A DNA stretch of 64,000 nt from Mobula hypostoma. Taxonomy: Eukaryota. The stretch covers positions 114,578,001 through 114,642,000 of the forward strand of contig NC_086097.1 of the NCBI RefSeq assembly GCF_963921235.1, given 5' to 3'. Below the pieces are notes generated by a model. The model saw only the letters and a list, made by a program, of their open reading frames with translations. It was not told where the DNA came from and searched no databases. Shown here in pieces: positions 11,652 to 24,714 of the stretch; positions within the stretch are counted from its first letter, which is position 1, and each line of letters begins with the position of its first letter. A program made the position numbers and the translations under genes.

Positions 11652-13849
11652 GGCTAAATATCCTGAGATAGCCACGAAAGCACTGAAAACGTTGCTTCCA
11701 TTTCCAACATATCTCTGCAATGAATGCAACGAAAACTAAACTGCGGAATAAACTGGACATAAGGAACCCCCTTCCAGTATCGCTGTCTCCCATCACCCCT
11801 CGATGGCACCATCTTATTGCAGGGAAACAAGTATTCAGCCCATGGCTCCCACTGATTCAGCAATATTGGTGTATTACAATGATATTATATGTTCATACGG
11901 GGAAAATATGTATTGTGTGTTTAATATCCAAATGTTACTTAAAATGTTATGATGCTATTGACTTATATAGTTATATAAGTCACTTATAACAATTACAGCA
12001 CGGAAACAGGCCATCTCTGCCCTTCTAGTCTGTGCCGAATGCTATTCTCACCTAGTCCCACCGACCTGCACTCAGCCCATAACCCTCCATTCCTTTCCTG
12101 TCTATATACCTATCCAATTTTTCTTTAAATGATAATATCGAACCTGCCTCTACCACTTCTACTGGAAGTTCATTCAACACTTACTTCAAGCTCCCCTGTT
12201 CTCCCCTGATAATTGACTTATCACTATATTCATGCAAGGAAAATATGCTGTGTGTTTAATATTAAATTCGTTAGATAAATCATTTTAGAAACGAAATTGA
12301 GTGTATTAGCCACTTATCACCTATATTCCGGTCATGATTAACACCCCCCACCCCCGGAACAGAATCGCCAAAAATGATTTGTAGAAAAAAAATTGGCACG
12401 TACACACATGCACACTAGTGCCCGCGCAAGGCTTCATGGTCATTGGAGTCTTTCTCGGGATAAACAACGTATTTGACTGCTGCTCTTGTCCGTTGGCAAC
12501 CCTACCCCACCCCCACCGCGCCCCTCCCCCCGCCCTGGTCGGCCGGTCCGCAAAAATATTGTCAATAATAAACCGGTCCGCGTTGCAAAAAAGTTTGGGG
12601 ACCCCTGGCTTAGAGTTTTGCTGACACTTCAGCTCCCATAATTTTATTGATGCTGTCTCACTTCAAAGTTGAATTTCAATCTCTGGCTTCTTTCCTCTCC
12701 AACGTTTTAAAATAGATCAACAGCTCGTGGAACATGTCACTTAAAGTAAACACACCTAACTTTCTTTCTTATGTAGAGATACAGCAATGTAAAAGGCCCT
12801 TCCAATCCAGTGAGCCTATATGACCATTAACCTACTAACCCATACGTTTTTGGAATGTGGGAGGAAGTCGGAGGACCCGGAGAAAATCCATGCGGGTGGG
12901 GGGGGGGGAAGGGGGAACGTGCAAAATGCTTACAGGCAGCGGTGGGAACCGTACCTGGTGCTCTGGCGCTGTAATAGAGTTACACTAACTTCTACACTAC
13001 CATGCTGCCTCCTTCATTTCTGTAAGTTATTTTGGTTTCATGAATTTGAATCAAAAAGCTACTGGTACAGTTTCCCAGCAAAGCTGATGCATGGCCACAT
13101 CACAACGCAAGAACTATACTCCATGAACTCCATCCCCGCACCCCCACCCAACCTACCCCACCTACATCCCATCATAGTTGCAGCCCCTAATATGGTTATA
13201 ATGGACAGAGCAGGCAGATTTCACACAAGTCCAGCCAAGCTGTAAAATTATTTGCTGGGAATCTCAGGGTTGTGTATATATACTCTGATAATAAATGTAC
13301 TTTGAAAATTTGAATGTGCTAGTTCCCCACCACTTAAAAAGGATTTTCAATAATTACACCTTAGCTTCCCTGCATGCACCATCATGTCCAGTTAACACAC
13401 ACAAAATGCTGGAGGAACTCAGCAGGTCAGGCAGCGTCTCTGCTGACCTAATGAGTCCTTCCAGCTTCTTGTGTGTCGTACTCCAGATTTCCAGCATTTG
13501 CAGAATTGCTTGTGTTCATGTCTGGTTAATAGTTTTGGTAACAGTTGCAAGTTTGCCTGATCTGGAGCAGACTATTTAAGGGTGTGTTTAACTTTGGTGA
13601 AACAGGCTTCATTTTTAACTTAATGCAAACCTGAGGATTGATTCAGAATTTAATTCTGAAACAATTTCCCTTGACGTGTTGATACCTCTTCCTATACAAA
13701 CCAATTGTTCAACTCAATACCTTTTCTGATTATCCGGCTCAGATATGTTACTCTCCGTTATGTGAGATAGACAATGGCTGTCATCGGGAAGTTACAAAGA
13801 AAATTGCTGCTGCAAAAATAACAAAAATTGCAAATAAAGTAATAATCAA

Positions 13850-14210
13850 AAACACAAAAGAGATTCTGCAGTTACAGGAAATCCAGAGTAACACATTCAA
13901 ACTGCTGTTGGAATTCAGCAGGTCAGGCAGCATCAATTGTTGACATTGTGGGTCGGGACCCTTCATTGGGTCTGGAAAGGAAGGGAGAAGAAGTCAGATT
14001 GAGAATGGGGGAGGGGGGGAATGTGTGAGTACAAACTTGAAGGCGATAGGTGAAGTCAGGTAGCCAGGTAGCCAGGTGGGTGGGGTGGAGGAGGGGGAAC
14101 TGATGTGTGAAGCTGAGAGGTGATAGGTGGATAAGTTAAAGGGTGGAAGTAGAATGAATGTGATAGGAGGGGAGAATGGACCATTGGAGAAAGAGAAGGG
14201 ACACCAGAGT
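13850..14210 (-). mobile_element. Old Penelope pLTR remnant
   Basis: Diverged version of the pLTR with a decayed hammerhead region. Similar remnants near 4930-5050, 13395-13520, 41620-41760, 42680-42770 and 54440-54510. Confidence 0.65.
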
Positions 14211-14877
14211 TCAAAGTTCAAAGTAAATTTATTATCAAATTACATATGTCACTGTGAGATTCATTTTCTTGCAGGCATGCTCAATAAATCCATAATAGAA
14301 TAATCACGATAGAATCAATGAAAGACCGCACCAACTTGGGCACTCAACCAGAGTGCAAAAGACAAACTGTGCAAATACAAAAGGAAAGAAATAATAAAAA
14401 TAAACAAATAAACCATAAATATTGAGAACATGAGATGAAAAAGAGTCCATAGGTTGTGGGAACATTTCAACGATGGGGCAAGTGAAGTTGAGTAAAGTTA
14501 TCTCCTTTGGTTCAAGAGCCTGATGGCTGACGGGTAGTAACTGATCCTGAACCTGGTGGTGTGACTCCTCAGACTCCTGTACCTTCAACTTGATGGCAGC
14601 AGCAAGAAGAGAGCATGACCTGGGTGGTGGGGGACCCTGATGATGGATGCTGCTTTCTTGTGACAATGCAGGAAAGGTGATATTAATCAAGATGTGAATT
14701 TCACTGCTGTTTATTAGCCCTGTCAAAGCTAATGCCATTATCACCAAGTTTACCGTACAACACAAAAAGATTTGCAATGGTTTTTGGAACATGTCCCATG
14801 TGAATATTTAAGGTTTGAAGGTAAAAGGTAAATTTTGGTCTTTAAAAATAAAAATCACATGACACATAAAACCATAC

Positions 14878-14975
14878 CTCTGGATGGGCTCGACACTTCT
14901 TCAGAGAATCTCCATATATTTTACTTGGACTTGAGGAGGAGAATAGCTCTTTAAATATCACATAGAACAATCCTC
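14878..14975 (-). CDS. TIMM21: TIMM21 coding exon 3
   Basis: tttcag|...|gtatgg, 98 bp, encodes (G)[32 protein letters not shown]; phases 1 to 0 fit both neighbours. Confidence 0.95.
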
Positions 14976-16277
14976 CTGAAATAACAGAAACAGATGTTGA
15001 GAGAGAAGATTTGTGAAGTGAATGCAGTCTTGGAAAATTCTCATGTGTGAAATTCTTCCATTTTTCACAGGATTTGAAAGGGATTTATTCCTTAATATTT
15101 CTTTTTTTTTAACTTATTTTATATTCAGCAGGGCTTCTTTTCCTTCAGAAAACTGTGGAACACAAAACACATCTAGGCTCATTATTCACCCTAATTACTT
15201 CTAGATGCACATTCAAAGCAAAATGTTATCATATCGTAGGTAGTTCACTAGGAGCAGCCTATAACTTGTCTTAGCAGAGCCATTCTTGGGTGTCGAAGGA
15301 AACATGAGATGGCAAGGTTCTACTGGAATCAAACCGGGACCATGCCTTGTTCCACACTCCATCTGAAGCAGTTCCACCTTTGTACCAGTAGCTGTACAAT
15401 CACTCAAGTCAAGTATGCTGTTGTCCAAGGGGTTGTCTATTGGTGGGTCTTCAGAAGACTATAGACGCCAATCTGAGATTCACATATTACTTATATTAAT
15501 ATTACCCCTTATTTTGAAACAGTGAGATCTGATTCTAGATACCCCAACTGGAGAGAGAGAAGAGAAAACTCAAGAGCTATTTAATTGAATTGCTTGGGTC
15601 CTGAGGTGGGACTGAACTTGGGATTGAAGCTCATTAGCACAAGCTTCTGAATTACTAGTTTAGTTTTTTCTGTGGGATGTGTCTAGTAGCACATCCCACA
15701 AACAAAAACTGAATAAAAATCTCTTGCTGCTTTAAGCGCGCATTGACAAGAAGATGATACTTCATACAAGTACATAGCTGGCTGGGGTAAGAGTAGGATG
15801 GACATGTATCCTTTCAAAATCATCAGACTTTCCCAAATATGGAATACCCCAGGGAGAGAATCTGCTAATACTATAAAGCTGCAAGAGTTGCTCCACTGAT
15901 ATCTTGCTGGTGACTTACTTTAGAGTTAAGATTGGTAATGAATTGTCTTTATATTCTGTTTATGAAAATTCATGCTGACAGATGCTCAGAAGCAGATCTA
16001 ACTCTTACAGTCATACGGGTAGGTATTGGACAGGGAAGGGCCATAACCGCTAGTAGGAGAGATGTCTGCTCATCTCAGTTCTTATTTTGAACAGTGAGAT
16101 GTGATTCTAGGTTTCCCAACCAGAGAGAAAACAGTTCCCAGTTATTTAATTGAATTTAAACTGCTCAGGTGCTGAGGTGGGATTGAACTTCTGTAGGCTT
16201 ATTAGCCAAGGCTTCTGATTACTAATGCACATCCTCGTAGTACATTCCACAAAATAAATAAACTGAATAAAGATCTA

Positions 16278-16423
16278 AACACGAGGAAATCTGCAGATGC
16301 TGGAAATTCAAGCAACACACAAAAAGTGCTGACGAAGGGTCTCGGCCCGAAATGTCGACTGTACTTCTTCCTAGAGATACTGCCTGGCCTGCTGCGTTCC
16401 ACCAGCATTTGGTGTGTGTTGCT
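16278..16423. mobile_element. 146-bp inverted Penelope mini-insertion with 14-bp TSD
   Basis: TSD TGAATAAAGATCTA (16264-16277, 16424-16437). An inverted tail is joined to a pLTR piece starting at CTGACGA; hammerhead GAAAC is changed to GAAAT. Confidence 0.8.
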
Positions 16424-16839
16424 TGAATAAAGATCTACCTTGGTGCTTTGTCCACATAGACAATGAGATGATACTAACTGAAATCACCTAATGCGATAAA
16501 ATTGATAAGCATATTCACTGATTAATGTCAGATATAGTTCAGGAACAAGGTTTCAGGATTATAATTCATTTCGCTGTGCCTTACTACACACCCAAAGTGC
16601 CGGGAGGGACCTGAGAGACCTATCATGTACCCAGCCCAGCTGACAGTGCACAGAAACCAGAACTTTGGAGTGAAGGAGGGTAAGAGGTGACTTGATAGGA
16701 GGTGTACAAGATGATACGAGGCTAAGAGGCAAAGAGGCATAGATTGAGTAGCTAACCAGAGACTTGGGTCCAGGGTGGAAGTGCATTATATGAGCATAAT
16801 TTTAAGGTGAAAAGATGATAATACTGGCTGAGTCAAACA

Positions 16840-19800
16840 CCCTCTGCAGCCCTTTTCGAACCAGTGCAATGCAGCTTCCTTATGTTACACCCAGTCAGAT
16901 TGCTCTCCACTGTAATGCATCTATAGAAAGTTACAGGAGTCTTTAGTAACATACTAAATCTTCTTAAACTCCAAACAAAACAGAGCAGCTATTGTGGCTT
17001 TCCTTGTGATGATATCAATGTGTTGGACCCAGAAGTGATCCTCTAAGCTCATCCTTTCCACAGCTCACCCCTCAATGAGGACGGCTGAGTGTTCCCCCAA
17101 ATTCCCCATCCTGAAGTCAACAATCAATTCCTTAGTCTTGCTCTCCGTCACCCAGCTGACCTATCTCACTCCTGTGCACCTCCCTGTCACCCAGCTGATC
17201 TATCTCACTCCTGTGCACCTCCCTGTCACCCAGCTGATCTATCTCACTCCTGTGCACCTCCCTGTCACCCAGCTGATCTATCTCACTCCTGTGCACCTCC
17301 CTGTCACCCAGCTGATCTATCTCACTCCTGTGCACCTCCCTGTCACCCAGCTGACCTATCTCACTCCTGTGCACCTCCCTGTCACCCAGCTGATCTATCT
17401 CACTCCTGTGCACCTCCCTGTCACCCAGCTGATCTATCTCACTCCTGTGCACCTCCCTGTCACCCAGCTGATCTATCTCACTCCTGTGCACCTGTCACCC
17501 AGCTGATCTATCTCACTCCTGTGCACCTCCCTGTCTCCCAGCTGATCTATCTCACTCCTGTGCACCTCCCTGTCACCCAGCTGATCTATCTCACTCCTGT
17601 GCACCTCCCTTTCACCCAGCTGATCTATCTCACTCCTGTGCACCTCCCTGTCACCCAGCTGATCTATCTCACTCCTGTGCACCTCCCTGTCACCCAGCTG
17701 ATCTATCTCACTCCTGTGCACCTCCCTGTCACCCAGCTGATCTATCTCACTCCTGTGCACCTGTCACCCAGCTGATCTATCTCACTCCTGTGCACCTCCC
17801 TGTCACCCAGCTGATCTATCTCACTCCTGTGCACCTCCCTGTCACCCAGCTGATCTATCTCACTCCTGTGCACCTCCCTGTCACCCAGCTGATCTATCTC
17901 ACTCCTGTGCACCTGTCACACAGCTGATCTATCTCACTCCTGTGCACCTCCCTGTGACCCAGCTGATCTATCTCACTCCTGTGCACCTCCCTGTCGCCCA
18001 GCTGATCTATCTCACTCCTGTGCACCTCCCTGTCACCCAGCTGATCTATCTCACTCCTGTGCACCTGTCGCCCAGCTGATCTATCTCACTCCTGTGCACC
18101 TCCCTGTCACCCAGCTGATCTATCTCACTCCTGTGCACCTCCCTGTCACCCAGCTGATCTATCTCACTCCTGTGCACCTGTCACCCAGCTGATCTATCTC
18201 ACTCCTGTGCACCTCCCTGTCACCCAGCTGATCTATCTCACTCCTGTGCACCTGTCACCCAGCTGATCTATCTCACTCCTGTGCACCTCCCTGTCACCCA
18301 GCTGATCTATCTCACTCCTGTGCACCTGTCACCCAGCTGATCTATCTCACTCCTGTGCACCTGTCACCCAGCTGATCTATCTCACTCCTGTGCACCTCCC
18401 TGTCACCCAGCTGATCTATCTCACTCCTGTGCACCTCCCTGCCACCCAGCTGATCTATCTCACTCCTGTGCACCTCCCTGTCACCCAGCTGATCTACCTC
18501 ACTCCTGTGCACCTCCCTGTCACCCAGCTGATCTATCTCACTCCTGTGCACCTCCCTGTCACCCAGCTGATCTATCTCACTCCTGTGCACCTCCCTGCCA
18601 CCCAGCTGATCTATCTCACTCCTGTGCACCTCCCTGTCACCCAGCTGATCTACCTCACTCCTGTGCACCTCCCCGTCACCCAGCTGATCTATCTCACTCC
18701 TGTGCACCTGTCACCCAGCTGATCTATCTCACTCCTGTGCACCTCCCTGTCACCCAGCTGATCTATCTCACTCCTGTGCACCTCCCTGTCACCCAGCTGA
18801 TCTATCTCACTCCTGTGCACCTCTCTGTCACCCAGCTGATCTATCTCACTCCTGTGCACCTGTCACCCAGCTGATCTATCTCACTCCTGTGCACCTCCCT
18901 ATCACCCAGCTGATCTATCTCACTCCTGTGCACCTCCCTGTCACCCAGCTGATCTATCTCACTCCTGTGCACCTCTCTGTCACCCAGCTGATCTATCTCA
19001 CTCCTGTGCACCTGTCACCCAGCTGATCTATCTCACTCCTGTGCACCTGTCACCCAGCTGATCTATCTCACTCCTGTGCACCTGTAACCCACCTGATCTA
19101 TCTCACTCCTGTGCACCTCCCTGTCACCCAGCTGATCTATCTGACTCCTGTGCACCTCCCTGTCACCCAGCTGATCTATCTCACTCCTGTGCACCTGTCA
19201 CCCAGCTGATCTATCTCACTCCTGTGCACCTCCCTGTCACCCAGCTGATCTATCTCACTCCTGTGCACCTCCCTGTCACCCAGCTGATCTATCTCACTCC
19301 TGTGCACCTCCCTGTCACCCAGCTGATCTATCTCACTCCTGTGCACCTCCCTGTCACCCAGCTGATCTATCTCGCTCCTGTGCACCTGTCACCCAGCTGA
19401 TCTATCTCACTCCTGTGCACCTCCCTGTCACCCAGCTGATCTATCTCACTCCTGTGCACCTGTCACCCAGCTGATCTATCTCACTCCTGTGCACCTCCCT
19501 GTCACCCAGCTGATCTATCTCACTCCTGTGCACCTCCCTTTCACCCAGCTGATCTATCTCACTCCTGTGCACCTCCCTGTCACCCAGCTGATCTATCTCG
19601 CTCCTGGGCACCTGTCACCCAGCTGATCTATCTCACTCCTGTGCACCTCCCTGTCACCCAGCTGATCTATCTCACTCCTGTGCACCTCCCTGTCACCCAG
19701 CTGATCTATCTCACTCCTGTGCACCTCCCTGTCACCCAGCTGATCTATCTCACTCCTGTGCACCTGTCACCCAGCTGATCTACCTCACTCCTGTGCACCT

Positions 19801-22800
19801 CTCTGTCACCCAGCTGATCTATCTCACTCCTGTGCACCTGTCATCCAGCTGATCTATCTCACTCCTGTGCACCTCCCTATCACCCAGCTGATCTATCTCA
19901 CTCCTGTGCACCTGTCACCCAGCTGATCTATCTCACTCCTGTGCACCTCCCTGTCACCCAGCTGATCTATCTCACTCCTGTGCACCTCCCTGTCACCCAG
20001 CTGATCTATCTCACTCCTGTGCACCTGTCACCCAGCTGATCTATCTCACTCCTGTGCACCTCCCTGTCACCCAGCTGATCTATCTCACTCCTGTGCACCT
20101 CCCTGTCACCCAGCTGATCTATCTCGCTCCTGGGCACCTGTCACCCAGCTGATCTATCTCACTCCTGTGCACCTCCCTGTCGCCCAGCTGATCTATCTCA
20201 CTCCTGTGCACCTGTCACCCAGCTGATCTATCTCACTCCTGTGCACCTCCCTGTCACCCAGCTGATCTATCTCACTCCTGTGCACCTGTCACCCAGCTGA
20301 TCTATCTCACTCCTGTGCACCTCCCTGTCACCCAGCTGATCTATCTCACTCCTGTGCACCTGTCACCCAGCTGATCTATCTCACTCCTGTGCACCTCCCT
20401 GTCACCCAGCTGATCTATCTCACTCCTGTGCACCTCCCTGTCACCCAGCTGATCTATTTCACTCCTGTGCACCTGTCACCCAGCTGATCTATCTCACTCC
20501 TGTGCACCTCCCTGTCACCCAGCTGATCTATCTCACTCCTGTGCACCTCCCTGTCACCCAGCTGATCTATCTCACTCCTGTGCACCTGTCACCCAGCTGA
20601 TCTATCTCACTCCTGTGCACCTGTCACCCAGCTGATCTATCTCACTCCTGTGCACCTCCCTATCACCCAGCTGATCTATCTCACTCCTGTGCACCTGTCG
20701 CCCAGCTGATCTATCTCACTCCTGTGCACCTCCATGTCACCCAGCTGATCTATCTCACTCCTGTGCACCTGTCACCCAGCTGATCTATCTCACTCCTGTG
20801 CACCTGTCACCCAGCTGATCTATCTCACTCCTGTGCACCTCCCTGTGACCCAGCTGATCTATCTCACTCCTGTGCACCTCCCTGTCGCCCAGCTGATCTA
20901 TCTCACTCCTGTGCACCTCCCTGTCACCCAGCTGATCTATCTCACTCCTGTGCACCTGTCGCCCAGCTGATCTATCTCACTCCTGTGCACCTCCCTGTCA
21001 CCCAGCTGATCTATCTCACTCCTGTGCACCTCCCTGTCACCCAGCTGATCTATCTCACTCCTGTGCACCTGTCACCCAGCTGATCTATCTCACTCCTGTG
21101 CACCTCCCTGTCACCCAGCTGATCTATCTCACTCCTGTGCACCTGTCACCCAGCTGATCTATCTCACTCCTGTGCACCTGTCACCCAGCTGATCTATCTC
21201 ACTCCTGTGCACCTCCCTGTCACCCAGCTGATCTATCTCACTCCTGTGCACCTCCCTGCCACCCAGCTGATCTATCTCACTCCTGTGCACCTCCCTGTCA
21301 CCCAGCTGATCTACCTCACTCCTGTGCACCTCCCTGTCACCCAGCTGATCTATCTCACTCCTGTGCACCTCCCTGTTACCCAGCTGATCTATCTCACTCC
21401 TGTGCACCTCCCTGCCACCCAGCTGATCTATCTCACTCCTGTGCACCTCCCTGTCACCCAGCTGATCTACCTCACTCCTGTGCACCTCCCCGTCACCCAG
21501 CTGATCTATCTCACTCCTGTGCACCTGTCACCCAGCTGATCTATCTCACTCCTGTGCACCTCCCTGTCACCCAGCTGATCTATCTCACTCCTGTGCACCT
21601 CCCTGTCGCCCAGCTGATCTATCTCACTCCTGTGCACCTCTCTGTCACCCAGCTGATCTATCTCACTCCTGTGCACCTGTCACCCAGCTGATCTATCTCA
21701 CTCCTGTGCACCTCCCTGTCACCCAGCTGATCTATCTCACTCCTGTGCACCTCTCTGTCACCCAGCTGATCTATCTCACTCCTGTGCACCTGTCACCCAG
21801 CTGATCTATCTCACTCCTGTGCACCTGTCACCCAGCTGATCTATCTCACTCCTGTGCACCTGTAACCCACCTGATCTATCTCACTCCTGTGCACCTCCCT
21901 GTCACCCAGCTGATCTATCTGACTCCTGTGCACCTCCCTGTCACCCAGCTGATCTATCTCACTCCTGTGCACCTGTCACCCAGCTGATCTATCTCACTCC
22001 TGTGCACCTCCCTGTCACCCAGCTGATCTATCTCACTCCTGTGCACCTCCCTGTCACCCAGCTGATCTATCTCACTCCTGTGCACCTCCCTGTCACCCAG
22101 CTGATCTATCTCACTCCTGTGCACCTCCCTGTCACCCAGCTGATCTATCTCACTCCTGTGCACCTCCCTGTCACCCAGCTGATCTATCTCGCTCCTGTGC
22201 ACCTGTCACCCAGCTGATCTATCTCACTCCTGTGCACCTCCCTGTCACCCAGCTGATCTATCTCACTCCTGTGCACCTGTCACCCAGCTGATCTATCTCA
22301 CTCCTGTGCACCTCCCTGTCACCCAGCTGATCTATCTCACTCCTGTGCACCTCCCTGTCACCCAGCTGATCTATCTCACTCCTGTGCACCTCCCTGTCAC
22401 CCAGCTGATCTATCTCGCTCCTGGGCACCTGTCACCCAGCTGATCTATCTCACTCCTGTGCACCTCCCTGTCACCCAGCTGATCTATCTCACTCCTGTGC
22501 ACCTCCCTGTCACCCAGCTGATCTATCTCACTCCTGTGCACCTCCCTGTCACCCAGCTGATCTATCTCACTCCTGTGCACCTGTCACCCAGCTGATCTAC
22601 CTCACTCCTGTGCACCTCTCTGTCACCCAGCTGATCTATCTCACTCCTGTGCACCTGTCATCCAGCTGATCTATCTCACTCCTGTGCACCTCCCTATCAC
22701 CCAGCTGATCTATCTCACTCCTGTGCACCTGTCACCCAGCTGATCTATCTCACTCCTGTGCACCTCCCTGTCACCCAGCTGATCTATCTCACTCCTGTGC

Positions 22801-24700
22801 ACCTCCCTGTCACCCAGCTGATCTATCTCACTCCTGTGCACCTGTCACCCAGCTGATCTATCTCACTCCTGTGCACCTCCCTGTCACCCAGCTGATCTAT
22901 CTCACTCCTGTGCACCTCCCTGTCACCCAGCTGATCTATCTCGCTCCTGGGCACCTGTCACCCAGCTGATCTATCTCACTCCTGTGCACCTCCCTGTCGC
23001 CCAGCTGATCTATCTCACTCCTGTGCACCTGTCACCCAGCTGATCTATCTCACTCCTGTGCACCTCCCTGTCACCCAGCTGATCTATCTCACTCCTGTGC
23101 ACCTGTCACCCAGCTGATCTATCTCACTCCTGTGCACCTCCCTGTCACCCAGCTGATCTATCTCACTCCTGTGCACCTGTCACCCAGCTGATCTATCTCA
23201 CTCCTGTGCACCTCCCTGTCACCCAGCTGATCTATCTCACTCCTGTGCACCTCCCTGTCACCCAGCTGATCTATTTCACTCCTGTGCACCTGTCACCCAG
23301 CTGATCTATCTCACTCCTGTGCACCTCCCTGTCACCCAGCTGATCTATCTCACTCCTGTGCACCTGTCACCCAGCTGATCTATCTCACTCCTGTGCACCT
23401 GTCACCCAGCTGATCTATCTCACTCCTGTGCACCTCCCTATCACCCAGCTGATCTATCTCACTCCTGTGCACCTGTCGCCCAGCTGATCTATCTCACTCC
23501 TGTGCACCTCCATGTCACCCAGCTGATCTATCTCACTCCTGTGCACCTGTCACCCAGCTGATCTATCTCACTCCTGTGCACCTCCCTGTCACCCAGCTGA
23601 TCTATCTCACTCCTGTGCACCTCCCTGTCACCCAGCTGATCTATCTCACTCCTGTGCACCTCCCTGTCGCCCAGCTGATCTATCTGACTCCTGTGCACCT
23701 CCCTGTCACCCAGCTGATCTATCTCACTCCTGTGCACCTGTCGCCCAGCTGATCTATCTCACTCCTGTGCACCTCCCTGTCACCCAGCTGATCTATCTCA
23801 CTCCTGTGCACCTCCCTGTCACCCAGCTGATCTATTTCACTCCTGTGCACCTCCCTGTCACCCAGCTGATCTATCTCACTCCTGTGCACCTGTCACCCAG
23901 CTGATCTATCTCACTCCTGTGCACCTGTCACCCAGCTGATCTATCTCACTCCTGTGCACCTCCCTGTCGCCCAGCTGATCTATCTCACTCCTGTGCACCT
24001 GTCACCCAGCTGATCTATCTCACTCCTGTGCACCTCCCTGTCACCCAGCTGATCTATCTCACTCCTGTGCACCTCCCTGTCACCCAGCTGATCTATCTCA
24101 CTCCTGTGCACCTCCCTGTCACCCAGCTGATCTATCTCACTCCTGTGCACCTCCCTGTCACCCAGCTGATCTATCTCACTCCTGTGCACCTGTCACCCAG
24201 CTGATCTATCTCACTCCTGTGCACCTCCCTGTCGCCCAGCTGATCTATCTCACTCCTGTGCACCTGTCACCCAGCTGATCTATCTCACTCCTGTGCACCT
24301 CCCTGTCGCCCAGCTGATCTATCTCACTCCTGTGCACCTGTCACCCAGCTGATCTATCTCACTCCTGTGCACCTCCCTGTCGCTATCTGAGATCTTACCA
24401 AGGACAGTGGTGTCATCTATGAATTTATAAATGACATTTGAACTGCGTGTGGCCACAGTCATGTGTTTAGAGAGCACAGCAGTGCGTGGGCTAAGCAGGC
24501 ATCCTTGAGGTGTGTCTGTGTTGATTAACAAAGAGGAAGACTACTGATCTGTACTGACTCCCGGGAGCGACAGAAGCCCAGGTTTAGAAACTCAGTGATT
24601 AAATCTGAGGGGATAATGGTATTGAACACTGAGCTGTAATTGATGAACAGCAAGCAGCTTGATGCAGGTTTTGCTGCTGTCTGGGCTCTCCAAAGGGGAA
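16840..24700 (-). mobile_element. Rex1/Babar LINE fragment interrupted by the minisatellite
   Basis: Right flank LLFINYSSVFNTIIP, TPQGCLLSP, KFIDDTTVLGKISDSD; left flank KTKELIVDFR and further 3' RT sequence. Confidence 0.85.
17147..24383. repeat. 7.2-kb minisatellite of 39-bp and 35-bp units (about 190 copies)
   Basis: Unit GTCACCCAGCTGATCTATCTCACTCCTGTGCAC(CTCC)CT, very homogeneous, with interspersed 4-bp-deletion variants. Confidence 0.98.
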
Positions 24701-24714
24701 AAAAACATAAACAA

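Larger units (their letters stand above)
10677..12607 (+). mobile_element. Non-autonomous hAT (Charlie/Buster-like) transposon with nested insertions
   Basis: TIRs CAGTGGTCCCCAA and TTGGGGACCCCTG, degenerate 8-bp TSD GCATCGAG/GCTTAGAG. Transposase C-terminus FWIKIKAKYP|EIATKALKTLLPFPTYLC...KTKLRNKLD reads across the nested insertion. Confidence 0.9.

Noticed and set aside
10967..11796. Mirror-image ORFs on both strands as real proteins
   Set aside because: They are a by-product of the inverted pLTR; the same pseudo-ORFs appear at 27230-27658 and 40610-41024.
17075..24531. Repetitive ORFs (PVTQLIYLTPVHL)n, (HPADLSHSCAPPC)n and (DREVHRSEIDQLG)n as a repeat protein, or the array as a CRISPR
   Set aside because: The frames arise from a 39-bp unit and are broken repeatedly by 35-bp variants. 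There are no unique spacers or cas genes, and the context is a vertebrate intron.
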